Shown here: in pieces, positions 57,907 through 64,000 of the stretch | Layout: each line of letters begins with the position of its first letter | How positions within the stretch are numbered: position 1 is the first letter of the stretch | Source: Actinomycetota bacterium | GTDB lineage: Bacteria; Actinomycetota; CADDZG01; WHSQ01 | NCBI GenBank assembly: GCA_009377815.1 | Contig: WHTI01000001.1 | Span: 20,357-84,356 of the forward strand | Direction: 5' to 3' | DNA length: 64,000 nt | Notes under the pieces: model-generated | Database searches by the model: none | What the model was told of the DNA's origin: nothing | Seen by the model: only the letters and a program-made list of their open reading frames with translations | Program-made: the position numbers and the translations under genes

Positions 57907-59196
57907 CAGCGGTCCCCTGAAGAAGACCGTGCTGTTGTTGCCGAGTTCGTCGTCGAGGACGTTCGACGCGAAGGTGTCGAACGCAACGAAACGGCCGTCG
58001 CCCGATATCGTGCCCTCTGGAGCTCCGGAATCGAGATCCGAACCGTCGAACGTGCGGCTGACGAGCTTCATCTTCTTGGTCTTGCGGTCGTACCAATACA
58101 TGTCGGCCACGCCGTTGTCGTCGCCCTGCACGAGGTTCGTGGCGAATGAGCTGAAGGTGACGTACCGACCGTTGTAGGACAGTGCTCCTGCGTAGGCAGC
58201 GCTGCTGTTGTCCGAGGGCGCTCCGCCTACTCCTTTGGTTATGAGCCTCGTCTTGCCTCCCGTCATGCTGCGGACCCAGATCTCCTCGTAGACTCCACTG
58301 GTTCCTGGAGCGAACGTCGTCGCCGACATGAACGTAACGACACTCCCGTCCCTTGAGATGGCTGCGTGGTGGCTCGTCTGGTCTCCATGGACTCCGCTTG
58401 TCGAAATGCTCGCTAGCGTTGTCTCTCCCGTCTTGAGGTTGTGTACGAAGACGTCGTAGGTGCTGTTGCTGTCGTCGGCGACGAGATTGTCGGCGCCCGA
58501 GGAAAAGACAACGTGACCGGTGTCGGCGACAGAGGGAACCTCGCTGGAGCCGTTGCTTTCGAGACCGCTCGAATCCACGCTTACTCGAGTGGTGGTCTGC
58601 TTCTTCCGATCGCGGACGAAGATATCGACCAGGCCGTTGGCATCGTTCGGTACCAGGTCGTCGGAGAGGGAGGCGAATGCAACGTAGCGCCCGTTGGGTG
58701 AGATGGAAGCCTGCATCCCACCGTCATCAGCCTGCGTCTCTGACGAACTGATGCTGACCCTCTTGGTCTTCCCCGATCTGCGGTCGTGGACGAAGACATC
58801 CACAGTGTTGTTGTCGTCGAAGGGAACCAGGGTGTCGCTGCTCGCCTCGAATACAACGAGGCGCCCGTTGGCCGAGATCTCCGGGCCGAATGCGAAGTTC
58901 CCTCCGGTATTGCCTCCGTCCGGGACCGACACGATCCTGGTCTTGCCCGACTTCCGGTTCCTCACGTAGATATCGAAGATCATTGAGTTGTCGTCCGTCG
59001 CCACGAGCTTCTGTTCGGTTTCGAACGCCACGAACTTCCCGTTCTGGGAGACGGATCGCTTCCATGCGTACGCGTCCCCGGCCACCTGCTAGCCCTGGGA
59101 GTTGACGCTGATCCTCCGGGTCTTCGCCTTGGGGGCCGCGTGGATGGGCGCGACTGCAACGAGTCCGATGAGCAGGACGGATACACCAACACGCAT
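57898..59196 (-). pseudogene. secreted PD40/TolB-like beta-propeller repeat protein interrupted by an in-frame TAG
   Basis: ATG 59196 follows AGGAGG and opens 'MRVGVSVLLIGLVAVAPIHAAPKAKTRRISVNSQG'. A TAG at 59089-59091 is in frame: (59196-57898+1)=1299=3x433. The frame continues 'QVAGDAYAWKRSVSQNGKFVAFE...' with about 8 repeats of '[IV]S.[ND]G+.V.F.S....L...D.N...D[IV]FV.[DN]...G.T..[IV]S'. Confidence 0.7.
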
Positions 59197-59283
59197 GGGC
59201 TTCACGAGGCCTCCTGGCTCCGACTATCGAAGGGGAGAGTGTCCCTAAGCAGAGCGAGTTTGTCCATAGCAGGACAATCAGCC

Positions 59284-61870
59284 TCAATCGGCTGGCGCTT
59301 CACTCACCACCGCGGCGGCGGCCTCCAGCCTCGTGGCCGCCCCGGTCTTGCGCATCGCGTTGCGTATCAAGGTCTCCACCGTTGACGGAGCGATCTGGAG
59401 CTCCGCGGCGATCTCCTTGGTGGGAGAACCGGCGGCGACGAGACCGAGGACCTCACGCTCTCGGGCGGTGATCCGACCGACGGCGGGGGCCCGCGAGGGA
59501 CGGGAGAGGCCCGCCTCACGTGCCGCCTTCCGGATCCGTCGCAGCAACGGCTCGTAGTGGCACTCTTCCGCGATCTTCTCGGCCTCGAGGAGACTCGCTC
59601 TGGCACCGGCGATGTCTCCCAACTTCGTCAGGGCGAGACCGGCGCCGAGGCGGCATCTCACCGTGCGCGCCTCCCACACCCCGCCCCATCGGACGCGGGC
59701 CATGTTGAACATCTCGACCGGATCGTCTCCTGGGCCCCCGCCGGTAATAGCCGCGAGCGCGGCGCGCTCGAAGTAGGCGGGCTCGAGGTAGTCGAGAACG
59801 GGGGTCGGCCTCGGGGTACGCGACCGGGAGGCCGAGTTCCATCCGGGCCCAATCGGCCTCGAGCTGAGCCACCGCTCGCCCCGGACCCCTTGGTATCTCC
59901 TCGAGTGGAATCGCGATCACTGCTTCGGGGTCCCCGTGTAGCCAATGGTAGCGGGTCATGGCACTGGCAACCTCCCCGCGGGCCCGCCGGTCGACGGCAC
60001 AAGCCTCGAGAACGGCGAAGCGCGCCCTGGCGCGCTCGAACATGCCCAGCTCCGCGAGGCAGGCGACCAGCACACCTTCGGCGCGCGGACGCAAGGTGCC
60101 CATCGGAGTGTCCCGGTCGAGGAGGGTCTCGAGTTCATCCACGGCTCCGAAGTATCTCCCGCTCGTCATCAGGTGGCTAAGAACCGCCTCAACCCGGAAT
60201 CCGATCTCCCAGTTGCCCAGGTCCTCGGAGTTGGCGCGCCATGCCATCGCGAGCGCCAGAGCCTGACCGTCGTCGCTCCGCTTCTGGGTGAAGAAGAGCT
60301 GGATGAGTTCGACCGCGGCCAGGAACTCGTTGATGAGGTCGCCCTCGACCTGAGCTTGCTGCATCGACTCGGTAAGCAACCCTTGGGCTCCCGGTTCCCC
60401 CGCGTTCATCAACGCGACCCCGGCGACCCGGAGAGCCCGGTCGACCTCGACGTCCTTCTTTCGAGCGACATCGACGAGCCGGAGGTACCTCGCGACATCC
60501 GCACCGAACGGGACCTCCGACACGTCGGCCTCTGCGTGCCGGAGGTGCAAGCGGGTCTCGAGCGTCGAGTCGTCACCGCCGACCAGGCCCAGCCCTTCGT
60601 TCGCGAACCGAGCGGCCTCCTCGAACCGACCGATCGACATCAGCGCCCAGGAGCGATGGTGAAGGACCGTGGCTCGCTCTTCCGGGGATCGATCGATGAC
60701 CCGGTCGAGGATCTCGAGCCCCTCCTTCACCCGACCAGCATCGAGCAGCGCCTTCGATGCTTCGAGTTGTAGTTCGGTCGAGGTTCCTTCGGGGGCATTG
60801 TTCGCGGCCAGCTTCAGCAGCCGCGCGCGCTGGCCCGGTTGCGGTGCCTCAGCCATCGCCTCGATCGCGGTCCGGTGGGCCTCGTCGAAACGCTGCGCCG
60901 CGGCGAGGTGGACCGCAGCTTCCGCCGGGTCATCGAGTCGATCGGCGATCTCCCCGTGCAGCGCGATCTTTCTGTCGTCGTCGATCGACTCCGCGATGGA
61001 TTCCGCGATCAAGGCGTGCTCGATCCGGAGGAGTCCCTTCTCCAGATAGACGAAGCCGGAGGCGAGAACGTCTTCCACGGACCCGGTAAGGAGGTGTTCA
61101 TCGGCCGGCCGTCCGAGAAGGCTCAAGGTCTCGACCGCGTGTCGGGTCTCGTCACTAAGGAGCTCCAGTCGCGCACTCACCGAATCGCCGAGATTCGTGG
61201 CTCTCGCTTCGGCGAGGGCGCGGATCACCAGTGGGTTCCCCCGCGCTCCCCGAACGACATCCTCCAGTTCCTTGCCGCTGAGGGATCCATTGAGGCCGGT
61301 GGCGAGCCGGCGAGCGTCGTCGGGATCGAGGGGCGGGAGCTCGACGATCGCGCAATCGCTGGCTTCCAGCGCGGCGCCCACCGATCCCGAACCGCCCGCG
61401 TCTCGGGTGGTCACGAGCATCCGCATCCTCCGAGCGAGAACCGGCAGCGCTGCCAGAGTCTCCTCGTCCGCCCAGTGGAGGTCTTCGATCACGAGGACCC
61501 CGGCTCCCACGATCGCGGCCATCTTGGCGGCGATCGCCGTGCCGTCGCCGGCAAGATCGAGCCCCACGGCCCGCTTCAGGGGGAGGTAGGAGATGTGCGA
61601 CAGGGTTGGAAGGGCCCCACCTCGGCGTGAGGGGAGCCCGGTCGCCGATATGGCGGCGCCGGCCACGGTCGTCTTGCCGATCCCCGGGGCCCCCACGATC
61701 GCTACGGGCCGTTCCCTAGCGCGCAGCCGGGCGGCGATGTCGGCGATGTCGTCGGAGCGCCCCAGCAGCATGGGGGGATCGTACCCGCACCGGGACGAAT
61801 GTGGCGCAGATTGGGGATGAGAACCGGACCTTCGGCCCGTTAGGTTCGAGTCACTAAGCGTGCGCATCAT
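59284..61870 (-). pseudogene. LAL/MalT-type regulator (AAA ATPase + TPR-like + LuxR HTH) split by a frameshift
   Basis: N-terminal part (ORF 59516..61870) carries Walker A 'VAIVGAPGIGKTT' and Walker B 'VLVIEDLHWAD'. The C-terminal LuxR HTH 'ITAREREVLGLVAAGSPTKEIAAELQIAPSTVETLIRNAMRKTGA' lies in another frame (59284..59712, open upstream past 59870). The frames switch at the G5 run 59800-59804. The likely true start is ATG 61771. Confidence 0.75.
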
Positions 61871-62183
61871 TGGGGAATCGCTGTTCTGGGGGGACGATGC
61901 ATCGGAGCCACCAAGTGGTACGTAGCGCGCTGCGAACCGCGGTACGCTCGCTTGCCTTGCCCGTGGCTCAAGAGCAGAGACTGTACTTCCTGCTCGATGA
62001 GGCCCACCTCGGTTTCTTGGACGGGCGGGTCGCCGAAGGCATCGTCATGCTCCGGAGGTTCTCGTTCACGGTGGATTCGGTCGCGAGATCCCACCGCCGT
62101 CCGGCGCGGGTGCTCGAGCGCGAGACTCCTTTCGATCGCTTGTCTCAGGCGCGCCGGGGGCGTCCCGAGCCCCGGCTGATCCA

Positions 62184-62732
62184 CTAGGGCTTCCTCCAGC
62201 GGGCGAGTCTTCTCCGTAGCAGCGTCACCGCTTCGGCATTGGTCTTGACGTTCAGCTCCTCGCGGGCGCTGGCCAGCAAGCGATCGGCGGTCCGTCGGGA
62301 TCGATTGATGCGCGTCGCCGCCTGACCCACGGTCGAGCCGGTCGCGAGGTACTCGATCAACTCGAGTTGCTCCTCGCTGAGCTTGAGGATGGGGGATAGC
62401 TCCTCCTCGTTCCGGAGCTCGATCAACCCCACCCGTCGGAGATCGTGAAGGAAGCTTCTCCTCGTACTCGCATCGCATCGCAGGACCGCCACGAGGCCGG
62501 CGCCGCGGGCGACCGACAACAGTGCCGCCGACACATCCGCCGGTTCCTCGATGAAACCGGTGCACACGACCTGGCGCGCGCTCACCTCCCAACCCTCCGG
62601 CCCGAGATCGAAGCCTTCCAGGCGGTTCCAACCTGCCGCGACCACCTCGGCGACGGTGGAACGGAAGAGATCGTCGTCCTCGTGCTCGATCACGATCAAT
62701 GGCCTCATGGCAACGATTGTGGCGCACATCAT
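62184..62732 (-). CDS. small LuxR/GerE-type HTH protein with degenerate receiver-like N-terminal domain
   Basis: 'LSEEQLELIEYLATGSTVGQAATRINRSRRTADRLLASAREELNVKTNAEAV' fits the GerE HTH pattern. The N-terminal 'RPLIVIEHEDDD' is receiver-like. Start is ambiguous (62732 or 62708). Confidence 0.6.
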   Translation of the reverse strand: MMCATIVAMRPLIVIEHEDDDLFRSTVAEVVAAGWNRLEGFDLGPEGWEVSARQVVCTGFIEEPADVSAALLSVARGAGLVAVLRCDASTRRSFLHDLRRVGLIELRNEEELSPILKLSEEQLELIEYLATGSTVGQAATRINRSRRTADRLLASAREELNVKTNAEAVTLLRRRLARWRKP

Positions 62733-62765
62733 CGGTCCGTCGCACCCGGTCGTTAGTTTGGGTCC

Positions 62766-63329
62766 ATGCTCCGGAAACTGTTGCTCAGCTTCGCCCTCAT
62801 CCTCTCCGCCTGCGGTGCGGAGATCGATCTCTCGATCCAGGCACCCGCGACCTTCTCCCGCGAGCCCGGGGGATACGAGACCGCGACCGTCACCCGTGTG
62901 GTTGACGGCGACACCCTCGTGGTCGACATCACGGCCCGCTCCGACGGTCCCGGTGCGGGCCTCGCTCCGATCGGTGGCGATCAGCGGGTCCGGCTGATCG
63001 GGATCGACACGCCGGAGTCGGTCGATCCCCGGCGTCCGGTCGGCTGCTTCGGCAAGGAGTCGTCCGCGGCGACCGCAGCGTTGGTCGAGGGGGCCGAAGT
63101 TCGTCTAGTCAAGGACGTGGAGGAGTCCGACTCCTTCGACCGGTTGTTGCGCTACGTCTATCTCGGCGACGAGATGGTCAACGCCCGCCTGGTCGTCAAC
63201 GGCTACGCGACCGCCTTCACCTATCCGCCCAACGTTCGCTGGTCCGAGTTATTCGTGCAGTTGGAACGAGAAGCAAGGGAGGGAGCTCGGGGGCTCTGGT
63301 CTATGGAGTCGTGTAACGGTAAGCCCTGA
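62766..63329 (+). CDS. thermonuclease (SNase-like) lipoprotein
   Basis: Lipobox 'LILSAC|G'. 'VVDGDTLVV', 'VRLIGIDTPES', 'DRLLRYVYL' and 'NARLVVNGYA' are staphylococcal-nuclease-fold motifs. Confidence 0.85.
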   Translation: MLRKLLLSFALILSACGAEIDLSIQAPATFSREPGGYETATVTRVVDGDTLVVDITARSDGPGAGLAPIGGDQRVRLIGIDTPESVDPRRPVGCFGKESSAATAALVEGAEVRLVKDVEESDSFDRLLRYVYLGDEMVNARLVVNGYATAFTYPPNVRWSELFVQLEREAREGARGLWSMESCNGKP

Positions 63330-63475
63330 AGGTGCTCTTCTGATGCCGCCACTCAGCCATTGGGTGGCGGGGCTTGACGGCCCCGAGCACAGCGAAATGG
63401 AGGCCGTTCTTAGCCGGTAAAGCATCCCAGTGCGGTCAGAGGATTGAAACTTTGGAATGTCTCTAGACTCCTGGT

Positions 63476-64000
63476 GTGTCAGTCCACATCCAATTGCTCG
63501 GCAAGCCCCGACTTCAGGTAGGGAATGACCATGCGCTAAATGGGCGCAAACCCTGGGGACTTCTTGCCTATCTGCTCCTGGAACCGGATCCGATCTCACG
63601 ACGCGAGACTGCGGGATTGCTGTGCGGAGAGGCCGACGACCCGGCAGCAGCATTCCGGTGGGCTCTCTTTCAGATCAGGAAGTCACTTTCCCCCGCCCTC
63701 GAGATCGAGGACAGGGATGGAGTGCTCGTGATCAGCCGCCAGACCGGCATGATTGTTGATGCCGAGCGTCTCTTGACGGGAAGCCTCGATGTCGCCGAGA
63801 TCCTTGCGATCTCCGATAGCGAGCTGCTTGCCGGGCACGACTTCCCTTCAGCCCCGATGTTCGAGTCGTGGTTATCCATGCAACGATCACGCGTGGCGTC
63901 TGCCTTCGTTGATTCATCGCGTTGGGCCGCGACTGCTCTTATCGCCAGCGATCCCGACTCCGCGCTGCGGCTCGTCCGCCGCGCTCTGACTGTGGACCCC
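63476..64000 (+). CDS. SARP/AfsR-family regulator (OmpR-type DNA-binding + BTAD), 3'-truncated by the window edge
   Basis: Not in the supplied ORF track because there is no stop before the window end. GTG 63476 opens 'VSVHIQLLGKPRLQVGNDHALNGRKPWGLLAYLLLEPDPISRRETAGLLCGEADDPAAAFRWALFQIRKSL...FESWLSMQR', the SARP N-terminal pattern. Open for 175 codons to 64000. Visibly lower GC3 than the rest of the window. Confidence 0.75.
   Translation, partial: MSVHIQLLGKPRLQVGNDHALNGRKPWGLLAYLLLEPDPISRRETAGLLCGEADDPAAAFRWALFQIRKSLSPALEIEDRDGVLVISRQTGMIVDAERLLTGSLDVAEILAISDSELLAGHDFPSAPMFESWLSMQRSRVASAFVDSSRWAATALIASDPDSALRLVRRALTVDP

Noticed and set aside
61870-62187. A 105-aa plus-strand ORF (MHRSHQVVRSALRTAV... 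from ATG 61897). The same-boundary minus-strand frame (tail of ORF 61867-62745) lies between the LAL gene and the LuxR-HTH gene.
   Set aside because: Both frames have similarly G/C-rich third positions. Neither has a motif or a convincing SD, so I cannot decide which is coding, if either. Left unannotated.
63330-63475. Possible tRNA/ncRNA or terminator in the lower-GC spacer after the nuclease gene. It contains a hairpin, CCGCCAC-N11-GTGGCGG, at 63346-63370.
   Set aside because: I could not fold a cloverleaf or find a T-loop consensus (GTTCRANYC). The hairpin has only a 7-bp stem, an 11-nt loop and no U-tract, which is too weak to call.

Overview
High-GC, Actinomycetota-like chromosomal window, densely coding on both strands. 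I found no rRNA, tRNA or CRISPR array. Taxonomy and all family names rest on motifs read by eye, not on searches.

(1) 1-19.2 kb, mixed metabolism: dienelactone hydrolase, a desaturase-TetR operon, a secreted S8 protease, a ParB-like/metallophosphoesterase pair, a GH13 alpha-glucosidase and a Sec-type RTX-repeat protein. There is also a 5-gene sugar ABC importer divergent from a GH94 phosphorylase, an orphan receiver and a thiolase.

(2) 19.2-32.2 kb, envelope/exoprotein region: a DivIVA-like protein and two unknown secreted proteins. Two paralogous modules follow, each a small secreted protein with a predicted N-terminal His plus a DUF4012-like protein. They bracket a 966-aa beta-helix/PT-linker/RTX exoprotein.

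(3) 32.3-57.9 kb, a ~25-kb cell-envelope glycan locus. It holds the TagA+WecA linkage-unit pair, 4 GT4, 3 GT2, an FkbM methyltransferase, 2 XAT acetyltransferases and 2 PAPS-type sulfotransferases. It also holds a Wzm/Wzt exporter whose Wzt has a C-terminal extension, a Wzy_C/O-antigen-ligase-like protein, a Wzz-BY-kinase, and Ugd+Uxs. Long runs of these genes overlap by 1-17 nt. The locus is interrupted by a DUF222-HNH gene and an AAA_14/DUF4143 ATPase, the latter preceded by a 23-bp tandem repeat encoding iterated mini-ORFs.

(4) 57.9-64 kb: a PD40 beta-propeller gene with an in-frame TAG, a LAL/MalT-type regulator split by a frameshift in a G5 tract, a small LuxR-HTH protein, a thermonuclease lipoprotein, and a lower-GC partial SARP/BTAD regulator.

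The best candidate for an undescribed system is the duplicated small-protein + DUF4012 module, taken together with the apparently sulfated/acetylated/methylated hybrid glycan pathway.
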